DNA of 64,000 bases, taken from the NCBI GenBank assembly GCA_001949185.1, contig BDGG01000001.1, positions 7,514,149 through 7,578,148 on the forward strand, read 5' to 3'. The stretch is from Ramazzottius varieornatus. Lineage: Eukaryota; Animalia; Tardigrada. Below the pieces are notes generated by a model. That model was not told the origin of the DNA, did no database searches, and was given only the letters and a program-made list of their open reading frames with translations. The translations under genes and the position numbers were made by a program. Below are positions 51,443 to 62,235 of this stretch, piece by piece. Position 1 is the first letter of the stretch; the number at the start of each line of letters is the position of its first letter.

Positions 51443-54375
51443 CTATTGAAATGGTATGGGGATCCAGGAATGTGGAGCGGCCATGAAGGAAATCTGCAGA
51501 AAGGAATTTCGCAGACAGATCTGGATAGGGGTGCGGCAAAACGGGCATTCGGTCAAGACTTTGGCGCACTCCTCGCAGCTGCCGAAATGCCTGCACGGCT
51601 TCAGCAGCATACAGGTGGTTCGATCCAGGCATACTTTGCATTCGTCAGCGACAGAACTTGGCGGTTTCGAGTCCTTTGACTGTGGAGAAGGACCTGGGCT
51701 TCTAGCTCGAGAAGAACCGACGTCGCCGGCCGTGTCGCTGTGAGGCGCAGTCCGCGCTGTCTTTCCGTCCCACCAGACTCCATCTTTCTTCTTCTGCTCC
51801 AAGTAGTTCTTTTGCTGGGTGTATTTCTTACAAATATACTGATACACAACGTCCGGTTAACTGTTGTTCATTGTAGGGGTCCGTCAAACACTTGGAGATT
51901 CGGCAAACGAAATATTCATGACCATCATCTCAAGTGGCGCACTGTTTCGGTATTTTCGACTGAAAGCGTGCGCGCCACTTGTGATAACGGTCGTCTACGC
52001 TCGCTTGCCGGTTTCTCATTTCTCTAAATGTCTGAACTGGAACGATATTACGATAAAGGGAGCACAGAATCACGGTCTTACCTTTCGTCCATCGAGTGTC
52101 ATGTGGCGTTTGGCCAAAATCGTTTCGTTCACGTTCGCTTGTTTGAAAGACAGGAAAGCACACGCATTGCTGATTGTTGGTTGGTTTTTCGAGGGACGAA
52201 ACCAGTAGTGCTCCACCTGAAACAAGCAACACATTGAATTTTGTCGAACTGTATTCTTAAAGATAGTAGTCCCTCTGTACTGTCGTGGAGGTACCTCGCC
52301 ATAAGTAGCCACCAGAAGTTTCTCAAAGTCTTTTTCGGACATGCACGAAGATAGTCCTTGAACAAATATTTTATAATCTCTTTTGTTGCGCTGTTGAGCC
52401 TCCTGTAAAGCACAATCAGAATTACATGTGGCTTCCGGAAAGCCAAAGGAAGGAAATGCGCAAGTTGCGCGCATTATCGGTGATTTTTAGCTGTAAGCGT
52501 CCGCCATTCCGGAACAAAAAGTATTGTCGAGTTTGCTACGCCAAGTGCCGCACGTGTCAGTGATTTTGGCTGTGAACGTGCGCCACCTGGGAAAGCGATC
52601 TGGTTGAATTTGTTTGCTGAGTGTGAATATCCTTCAAATCCTGTACCTCATCGTATTCCAAAAGCTCAATCGAGGTTCCTTTGACATAGTGGAGTTTTTG
52701 CGCGAAGACCTTATTGACGATATGTCCATGTTGGAAGTTGACATAGGCGTGTCCCTTACTTCGCTTATTAGCATCCCTGGGGATCTTGATATTGCTCACT
52801 TCGGAAGGCTTGTCACAGAACTGGACGAAGTGCACACGCAGATCGGCTTCCGTTATGTGTGGCGGTAGCTTCCTGACGAATATTGTCCTACAAACGAGCA
52901 TGAAAAAGTCCGACGTGATATGACTAGATATTCAAGCACGTGAAGGACCGTGACTCGTTACTTGTGATTATAACGTACTTCGAAATGCCCTTTTTGCGCT
53001 GTCGCTCTGGTGGAGGCTCCAGTGAGATTACCGGTTCGGCGGATACAGCAATCGGCACTTTCGGCTGAATCACTGGACATTCGGCTGGAACATCTTTCTT
53101 GGTTATTTCCTTAATTCTATAAGCGATAAGATAAAGGACCGTCGAATAGACACAAGGAACTGACAATCTTTGAGGGCAACACGAAGCGTCCCGATATACG
53201 ATTGAAACCCAGTAGGTACAGAGCACGAAAGGCAACGAAACGATGTACGGTACCTGATATCAGTCTGAATTCTAATATTCTGTAGTTTGTCGATAGTGGT
53301 TCCCTGTCGGAACATGGCACAATTCGTTCAACGGTGATAAAGCTTTGTGGTTGGTAATTGTACGAAGGACTTACCAAATTCTTAATGTAGCCAACTAGCT
53401 GGTCTGCATCCATGCATGCAGCAATTTTTCCACCTATCGCGTCCGACATATGCTCCAGCTTATTGAAGAGAAATCCCACAGGAGCATTAATATCTGGAAG
53501 AAGTCTCAAAGATCAAATTTTTCCAGTTTGATCTGAAAATTTCAGTGGATGCACCTGTCATGAATTCTGTGATATTGCTTGGATAATCAAGTCCCCTTGC
53601 GCTTCTACGGCAAAATCTACAAGTAAAAACACCAACAAAGGATGTACCTGGTACATATGTCAATTACCGGCCGAACTTACTCTGTCTGTGAAGACGCCGG
53701 CATGCGAGGAACTTCGATTTCCCTGAAGCTTGGTCCCACCTGCAAAAACTTTCGATGTATGGAAAACCGGCATACAGAGTCGGCAAGATTGTTTGCCCAA
53801 GTGGCGTATGTTTCAAGTGTTATTGGCCGGAAGCGTGCGTCACTTCAGAGAACGATCCTGTCGAGTTTGTTTGCCGAGCTCCCAAATACACAATTGCCAG
53901 ATTTGCAACTGGAGTTTCTTTATTGTCCAGGTGTTAGCTACATCTAAGAGATTCGAGCTATATCCTCTCACCATGCGAATGCTCCGTTCTTCGGCAGGGA
54001 AACCGATTGTTCCCTCGTAATTCGCGAGGAAATTAGGCCCTGGTGCTCTGGGTCGAGGTGTAATGTTGATAGGAAGTCCGATAACTGGATGTCGATTAAC
54101 AGGCTGATGTAGATACTGTGAACAATACTCCAGATCGAGCGACCATATTTATAAAAACGATGCAAAAGAAAGAAGCCGGAAGAGACCTGAAATTCCCCAG
54201 CGTTCGGGGGCCACAAAATAGGATAACCATAGTTCGGCTGCATAAAACGAAGATGCCCTTGCATATCGCTAATGGTCGATGGCCGCGAGGCAGTTGGCAT
54301 ACGAGTAAGCTGAAGATATTGTGGTGTAGTATCCGTCGTGGAGCGGCGAACGTGCGGCGGGGCGTGTGGAAGCAT
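51443..54375 (-). CDS. RRM-RRM-RING protein, paralog A (multi-exon; 5' end approximate)
   Basis: RRM1 TIFVRKLP..SKGHAYVNF; RRM2 KIFVQGLS..CAFLSF; C-terminal C3HC4 CKVCLD..LKPCRHFGSCEECA..CPFCR. Confidence 0.8.
51892..52012. repeat. Intronic palindromic hairpin element (1 unit), paralog A intron after RRM2
   Basis: ttcggcaaac..caagtggcgcac..gcgcgccacttg..cttgccgg. Confidence 0.88.
52430..52622. repeat. Intronic palindromic hairpin element (2 units), paralog A inter-RRM intron
   Basis: gttgcgcgc..gtccgcca and aagtgccgcac..gtgcgccacc..tttgtttgctgag. Confidence 0.85.
53760..53888. repeat. Intronic palindromic hairpin element (1 unit), paralog A
   Basis: caagtggcgtatg..gtgcgtcactt..gtcgagtttgtttgccgagctcccaaata. 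Confidence 0.9.
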
Positions 54376-54964
54376 GAGGCGGGGAAAATGCGAACCTGTG
54401 CTCTACAAGGAAGATACGGTTAAAATCTTGACCAAAATTTGCAACGGATTCCCCCGATAACGACGGTTCACAAGTTGTTAGAACAAGTATACAACTGACG
54501 TCTTTTCTAAACAATCCGGGAACTCGGCAAACAGACTGGACGGGTAGGATTTTTTTACAATTATCGAACCGAAAGAAGCGAAACGCTCCCCGATATCACA
54601 CGAGAAGCTGAAGACGGGCGGAAGTGACACTGGGTTTCCCGATTAGAGAGAAAACGACGCAACTGAATATTTTTCCGTGTGCAACAAGTGAAGATTACCA
54701 GCTGACATGGCTGTTCCAGACCGACGAGACTCGCGGCTGTCGCGATCATAGAAAGGCGAAATACAGTAAATCATGGGAGCTCCAAAATCAGATTGAGTCA
54801 TCAGAGGGCCTTTAAATGCAGATGGCCAGACTAGCCAGCCGCCAGAGCACGAACCCCAGCGAGACCAGAGAAAGATGGCCGACGGATAGACTAACGAAAG
54901 GAAACTCGTAATCATGAAAACTAGCAAACGCTTGACAGTCGGTTGCCAAATGCACCGTTCCGGT

Positions 54965-55084
54965 GTGAATCATGTCAACAATACGGTGAATCATGTCAAC
55001 AATACGGTGAAAACAATACGGTGAATCATGTCAACAATACGGTGAAAACAATACGGTGAATCATGTCAACAATACGGTGAAAAC
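54965..55084. repeat. Perfect minisatellite: A=GTGAATCATGTCAACAATACG (21 bp), B=GTGAAAACAATACG (14 bp), order A-A-B-A-B-A-b
   Basis: Read directly; the units are identical and have no spacers. Confidence 0.95.
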
Positions 55085-55715
55085 GGCAGTCGATCGTGCG
55101 ACAACAAAAGTCGCCGTCCAGGCGTCTACCCGGAGGCACGAAATCAGAATATTACTGTACTTCTGCCTGCTTGTACCGGTAGATAAGAGAATTTCGATAC
55201 GTACTATTCGTGCTTTATGCTCTCATAGATCGAAGTTTGACGGTCTGCGGGTAAATGGTTCCACAAGTTTCCATAAATCTTATGCATGAATTTTGTGACG
55301 AATACATAGGAATTTGCGATCTTGACTACACCAAAGGACCGCGCGCAGACCATCCTAAAAACTCTTCGCATTAGCGAGGATTCATTTTGCATGCGTCTAG
55401 TACAGTATGGCTTCAACAATCTTTTCCGACATTCAAGACGAATTTCCATAATCATCAGAGTAAAACTAAATAAGTCATCTCAGCTTGGCTGTGTCAAAGA
55501 AAGCACGTAAAATCAGGAACTTAATCTATGCCGTAAAGATCTAGATAAAAGGCTTTCCGAATGAAAAAGACAAGACATATTTAAAGTTTCGGTCGACAGG
55601 TCAATCAACAGTTCAAAAACAGTATTTCAAATAGTATTCCCGAAACAATAGCATTCTACACTGACCTGCGACGTTCGTCCTAAAGGATCGGTAGTTTAAA
55701 GCTAACCTCACAATT

Positions 55716-58310
55716 CTACACCAAGTAAGCTCTCAGTCGCTGCGCGATCGGACGTCGGCACGTCGGACAATCATTCACAAGCTCAGCACATCGTGCACAA
55801 GTACCAACATGGCCGCATGGAATTAGGAAGATACAGCTAGGCTCGTCGACGCAGACGGCACATACGCCTTCGTCGCGGCCTCTTGGCTTTGATGGCTCGA
55901 CAAGAGGAGCTGGACCATCAACCTTTGCAGGAGGAGGCGGTGAGGCGCCTCGGGTAGTCGGTGCCTCGGGTCCAGAGTTCGCGCGTTCTCGCTCGCGCCA
56001 GTTGGGCCCAAACCTGCCTTCTCTCTTCTTCTCGTCCAGGTAATTCTTTTGTTGCGCGAACTTCTTGCAGTGGAACTACGACAGAAAAGTTGGAAGTTTG
56101 GTAAACAAGCTCGACAAGTTTGTTCTCTTCAGTGGCGCACAGGTTTATAGCGCCACTTGCGACAGCAGGCTCGGCAAGATTCTAACAAATGGCGCACGCT
56201 GTCAGCCAACAGCACTGACAGCGTGCGCCAACTGGGACAGCAAATTCGCCAAAATCGTTTTCCGTGAGTGGCGCACGTTCCAGTCAGTTACACCAAGAAC
56301 TTGCGCCACCTGGGAAAATAATCTTGTCCAGTTTTTTATACGCGAGCTCTCACTTCGTAAGATTTTTTCGGAGGTTCAGCGTGGGAATATAGTTTCTAAG
56401 ATTACCTTTCGTCCATTGATTAGAATGGTTCCTTCTTCCAAGATCCTGTCGTTCGTTTCTGCCGTGGCGAAGTTTATGTACGCGTATGCGTTATCGATCC
56501 ATGGGTTTTCTTTGTGAACATGAAACCAGAGCCCTTCCAACTACGCGAAAAAAACACCCGTAAAATAAGCTCACAATACAGTCCGTTATCAATATCAACT
56601 AAACGTCACCTCGCCATAAGTTTCTTCCAATGAGTCTTCCAGCGTTTCTTCGGACATGAACGACGACAGTCCGCCGACGAATATCTTGTACGCTCGTTTC
56701 CTTCGCAGTTGCTCCTCCTGCAAAAAAAACCAAGAGACTGTAGAGACAACTGTAGAAGAGGAAAGATGTAAAATTTACCTCATCGTGTTCTGACACGGAA
56801 ACCAGGATTCTCTTTATGGTGTGCGCCTTTTGCGCTAATATTTTTTTGACAATATTCTCATGCTGCAGCACGACATAGGCGTATCCCTTGCACAAACGCC
56901 TGGTGACGTCCATGACCACCTTGACCAGGCTGACATCGGAAGGACGGTCACAGAACTGCTCGAAATGCCGGCGTAAATCGGCCTCCGTGATGTCGGGCGG
57001 GAGGTTCTTGACAATCACTGAGCTGTCAAATGAGAACAAACTGAACTAAGATACGCGGCCTAGGCAAAACAAACTGCACAAGGGCGTTTCTTCCAAGTGG
57101 CGCAGAGCTCCCGTTATCAATACCAGAAACGTGCGCCACTTGGCCTTGGGGAAAACAAATTGGACAGGATAGTTTCCAACTGGCGCACGCTTGCAGCCCA
57201 TAACAGTGAGATCGTGCACCACCTTGAAAAACGATCGTGTCAAGTTTATTGCCGAGCTTCGATACATTCAATGAAAAGTTGACATTCCAACTAACTAATA
57301 AAAAAGTTATACTTTGATACGGCCTTCTTCCGTTGTCGACGTGGTTTCAACTCTTGTTTCTTCGACGACTCCGCTGCGGAAGCAGCAGCTGGTGCGTCTA
57401 GCCCATATGTCAACTGCTCCACCGAAACGACGTCTCCTAAAATATCTTTAGCCCTGTGAAAACCAGAATGCAGTGAGCAAGTTGTTTCGAGAATAGCTTG
57501 GCAGCAACCCGGAAATGCATCTGTACATACCGGGATTCAAACTTTTCCTTAACTTTTTGTAACTTTTCGAAGATGGATTGCTGTATGATAAGAAAGCTTT
57601 CAGTTATTCTTAGTTGGTGCAAAAAGATCGGCAGAAAATTTCGAATCCGTGTGGAACTTTGTGATCGACATACCAAGATCGGAGCTTGTTCCACCAATAT
57701 ATTTGGGTCTGTACACCCATCTAGTCTACCCATAACCTTGTCCGTCGCTTGGTCTACCGTAGTCGAGAGCTGCTCCACCGCGACAACATTCTCTGCAACG
57801 ATCCATCACAAGTCTAACATGCCGCATCACATTTGGTAATTTCGTAATAAACAGCCGAAATCAGAACTAGAGCTTTACTTACCTATTCCGTTGTAGTCCG
57901 GAAACTTGCCCCTTCTATTCCTGTCGTAACACAAGATCGTGAAGCATGTTTGCTTGACAATGGAAATCAAAGCAGGACTCCCTCAAACTGACCCGTTTTG
58001 CTGGGTATGTACTGACGACTGCGTACCTCCACGACCTCTTGTCGATTTCTAGAAATAAAGTCGAACTTCTTTACTTGTGAAAACCATGCAAGCGTGATTT
58101 GTAATTTATGAGACTTTGCATGCAAGATACTGCGTGTACTCGTACAGGAAATGGCTGGCGCACCAACTGCTGGCTTCGAGAATGAACGGCGTGACCATTT
58201 GACAATGCTCTTCCATCGTTGTAAGAATGGTAAGGAGACAACGGTGGCGTGATACCATACTCCTGCGCCTGACAAATGCAGAATGACCAGATTGAATCAT
58301 CCTCCATCAT
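55716..58310 (-). CDS. RRM-RRM-RING protein, paralog B (multi-exon)
   Basis: RRM1 VIVKNLPPDITEADLRRHF..CKGYAYV; RRM2 YKIFVGGLS..YAYINF; RING CAVCVDEPSCIFLIPCGHVGTCARCAELVNDCPTCR..RAYLV* (stop 55716-55718). Confidence 0.82.
56090..56350. repeat. Intronic palindromic hairpin element (3 units), paralog B intron after RRM2
   Basis: agtggcgcac..gcgccactt (short loop); tggcgcacgctgtcag..ctgacagcgtgcgcca; gtggcgcac..tgcgccac. Confidence 0.9.
57055..57260. repeat. Intronic palindromic hairpin element (2 units), paralog B intron before RRM1
   Basis: ccaagtggcgca..tgcgccacttgg and tggcgcacg..cgtgcacca..ttgccgagc. Confidence 0.88.
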
Positions 58311-59540
58311 AGCGGTACCTTACGGAGCCGAGATTTGCAGCAAACCTGAGAAGCTGTAAAATCAAGCGATGGAAGTTTTGGTACCACCAAGTTCCCGTGT
58401 GTTAGGTAGTGCAGCTTGTCCGGCCCATCGAGCGCTGGAAGGGATGGCAAAGTTGGAAACTGTAAGCTGTCCAAGGCCGGAAGTTGCGGAAGAGGAGTTA
58501 TGGCGAGTGCATGCAGCGGATGCGCAGCAATGGAAACTGGAGCACGTATCGTCTAAGAATAAAAACAAACCATCAGACCACTACAAAGTGCCTCAAATGG
58601 TCGAGAAAAGAATACGACGAACGGGTTTTCCATCAAGTGATGTTCCGAGCTGACAACGATCATTGACGACCAACCCACTCACCGGAAGCGCAGCCTCAGC
58701 AGCGTTCGTAGCCACTTCAGGAGGCTTGGCTTGCCGAGATTCAATGCCGTCTTTCTCGTAGCAATCAGGACAGGTTCCATCCTGCGAACACAGCAGAGAT
58801 TAGCATGAATAACAGACACAGGATATTAGGTCCAGTTTTCCAAGAGACCGTGCTGAACAATATTCGACAAGATGTTCCTAATTCCTTCGGGTCTACCGGG
58901 TTTAGCTCTTCGAACGTCCGGTCGCAATCCCGGCAGTAATGGCTCATCTTGCTTCGGAACGTATCCTCTTGTTCGCTTTATCTAAAGATGCGGAAGAAGA
59001 GCGTCAGGATTCCAGAGGGGATTATTAAGCCCTGTCGAAAAAGGTTGTATTCACTTCTTACAACGCAAACCGGCGCAACAGGTAGGCGCTAGCTATCCCT
59101 CCTTATCCGACTTTTGCAGCCAGTATCCTCGATGAAGTCCAAACATCAAGTTGCCAGCATCTCGGTAAGCTGGAAGTCTGCAAAAGAGTGAGGAGCATGT
59201 CCGGCCATGAAAACAGAAAACAAACAAACGTTGGAATTTGGAAACAAAGGCCGGCGATAAAAATGGAAGATAACAAACTAGCCCCGCCCACCGACGATAC
59301 GAGACTGTTAGCCCTTCGTATAACAGATCAAGTGGCTTCGCCTCGTAATTAGCTCAGCCTCGTATCGCCTTGGCAGTATCAGACTGACAGTCACTGACGA
59401 GCTGCTGAACATCGTGCTGCACAAACTGAATGTGGGCTGTAGAGCCCTGTAACCTGCAGTACGTTCTGTACTGCACTGCATTTTACTGCAATGCAGTGCA
59501 GTTACAGTCGCCGAAATGGTAAGAAAATGCAGTTTTAGTA

Positions 59541-62235
59541 CACGCACGGTGGGATAGTTTGGGCCAGTAAATAGTTTGGGCCAGGCCGTTTCGCTACGGC
59601 GGCACGGGCAGGAGTTTCTTGCTTCGTGTAAAAAAGAGCACTACCGGTAGTACTGCTGCACGTTCGTGCTGGGTATCGGAACGAGCAGCTCGAAGCATGA
59701 CACTTTTATTAAAATTCTTTTTTGCCGGAACAAGCCCACCATAAGCACATACGAAAACAAGATACTCCAGATATGAAATCTCTGTTTACAATCACAATCA
59801 GAAATCAAAGTCGTCACAACCAGCGAAGCGAAGCTACTGCACTTTCTTCGACCCAATACGTTTCTTTGGAGGAGCTGGTACGAGCGTACGTACCCACATC
59901 AGCATTCGACAAAGGGCAGGCGGAAGGTTCCTCAGGTGAGCGCACTTTCTTTTTGCGACTGTTCTTAGGCATGGACTTCGGTCCAGATGTGGAAGGAATA
60001 TCCGGTACTGGAAGGCAAGCAGACGGCGAAGGTTCGCGGGCCATCCCTTTTCTGTCGTCCCTCCACGGGAGTTCGGTGTAGTTTTGCTCGGCTCTTTTCG
60101 TGACTTCAGGCGCTGCTCAATCACCTCCATATACAGTACTCACTGTTGAGCATATTCGTGCCTGCTTCCAGCACAATCCGCGTATCTTTGGCCTTCCGTT
60201 GCTTTTTCGGCTTAGAAAAAGCGAACGCCTTGCCTGCAGCAGACAGAACCGTATCCGCTACGCTTTTGTAACCGGACCGGATGTGGTCGATCGACTCAAG
60301 GCTTGCTTCGACCATGGCGTCATCCATTTTCACCTTGTCGGAACGTAAGATGGCTGCTACTTTCTTCATCGGGGAACTTTCTCTGTCCAACACTGGTAAG
60401 GAAGGTTCGTCGTACTTGATCAGCTCTTTATCGACCGTTCTACGAATGACGTCAGGGGGAAGACACTAGTCTTGCGAAAACCACTCTTCAATGACGCTTC
60501 AGACTCGAAAGAAAACATGCTGGCTCCTGGAGTACACAGCTCTGCCAAAATTCCTGGGAAGGTGTTCCGAGTAATCTGAAAGTCAGAACTATTGTATCAA
60601 AACAAGGTCGTATCAAGGTCCCTAAAGCGTGCGCGATTTAGCCCTTTTTCTACGAAGTGGCCTGTCAGACCCGTGCGCGGCACAACCCTGACTGATGATC
60701 AATGAAAACTTCGTAGGAAAACGGCCAAATCGCGGACCTTTTAGGGACCTCGCTACGTCCTTGTATCAAAATCTTGTCCATGAGTTAATCTTTACAAACA
60801 GACTGCAATAATTTAGTCTTACTTCGAACTGCGGGTTGATACGATGGAAGGACTTGTAAGCCGTCCACTTCGGTTTCATGGTTCCAAATGGGCAGCTATC
60901 TAGCGGTTGTAGCTTGTCCGTCTGACCGGAAGGTAGACGTATGAGACATATATCTTTACCGGACTCTATAGAAAGCTTGAAGAGTTGTATGTTTGTGACG
61001 CGACTATAGTGACCATCCATAAGTACAACACACTGCAACAGAGCCATAAATTAAACAGATGACGTGGAATTTATATTTGCCAGCAGAGCGTAACTTACTT
61101 TGTCGGGAGCATTCGGCAGCACTTCCTGCCGGACGTAGTCCGTCAGCACCTTGTGATCCATTACGCCCGATCGATTGACTGCGACATAGAGCTTGTCCTT
61201 GGTATTATCATACATGCTGCCCAAATGCAATACTCCGTCGAACAGGACCAAAGGTTTGAACACCCGGCCCGCTGCGTTTCCACAGAGCAGCGTTGTCACT
61301 TGATCTCTTGTTGAGCCTTCTGTGTATGAAACCACATGTTTCTTCCCTTTCTCCGCATAAACTCTCTCCCTTTCAAAACCCAGAACGAAGCCAGATTCAT
61401 CAAGATTGATGATTCCTTTGGGATTTGACAGGTAGCCTTGGTCATTCAGCCCGCCGAGAAGCTCGATCCATGATTCCGCACCTTCGACAGTCCACTCTCG
61501 TGCTTTCTTCCTGTCAACGTTTGAGGCTAGTCGAAGGGATATTTCTTTCTGTTCCTGGAGGAAACGCCGATGCCATTCCTTACTGAAAATCATCCCAACA
61601 CTTGACAAAGATCAACATTCGAAATTAATATTATAAAACGTTCGACAAGAAAAATTACTGTACCTTTCGCAATACCCATTTCGTCCACAAAAATGCGCAG
61701 CTGGGTTTTGTTGAGAGAAAATCCAGTATTTCCGAATTTCTTGAGCAGATCAACCAGCAGCCCTTCCTCAAAATCGTTGAGCTTTCTTTCTTTACCCAAC
61801 CTACGTGCCTTCGTATCTTGCACATAACGTGAGACGGTGTTGCGCGGAACTTTGAACACTCGAGCTGCTTCGCGTAACCCCATTCCATTCTCGACAGCAG
61901 ACAGCGCATCCTTCAGGGCTTCTTCGGTGTATCGCCGAGGCCGCTTGGTCTTGAAGGGCTGGGACATTTCGAGAAACGTTTACGGAAATAATATCGAGCT
62001 AACGATTCCAGGGCTTCTCCAAAAATCGAGTAGCCATGCACAGCAGCTTTGAAGTGTGAGAGTAAAACAGCTGATCAGCTGATGGCCATTGTCCACGACA
62101 ATTTTCTGCGGTTGAATTTTACTGCGTTACGACATTAGTCCGATTTCTGTTTCTGGCTTCCATACAAAATCTAAGTTTGCCGTCTTTTCCGTCTGGCCAA
62201 ACTATTCACTGGCCCAAACTACCCCACCGTGCGTG
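59541..62235 (-). mobile_element. pogo/Tigger-like DNA transposon, copy 2 (full length, 2695 bp)
   Basis: TA|CACGCACGGTGGGATAGTTTGGGCCAG ... CTGGCCCAAACTACCCCACCGTGCGTG|TA. Confidence 0.96.
59834..61967 (-). CDS. pogo-like DDD transposase with spliceosomal introns; small indels near the C-terminus relative to copy 1
   Basis: HTH (61967-61663), FSKEWHRRF, NLDESG, VLMDGHYS, LQPLD; GT-AG introns at ~61604-61662, ~61037-61098 and ~60577-60822. Confidence 0.85.

Noticed and set aside
54965-55084. CRISPR-like array
   Set aside because: The repeats are contiguous with no unique spacers, the context is eukaryotic, and there are no cas genes.
55056-55510. Inverted fragment of a third RRM-RING paralog (TAVDRATTKV versus TTVDQATDKV)
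   Set aside because: The similarity is very short, and the extended match fell on intron-derived translation, so it is likely chance.
56065-56517. ORF-track proteins containing recurring KWRT/QVAHV/CATW motifs
   Set aside because: These are translations of the intronic palindrome, not a protein repeat family.
5373-57260. Strict sense-strand orientation of the hairpin loop relative to host genes
   Set aside because: Checked by eye: both orientations occur (e.g. sense at 10383, 15209 and 37684; antisense at 35845, 38812 and 53760).
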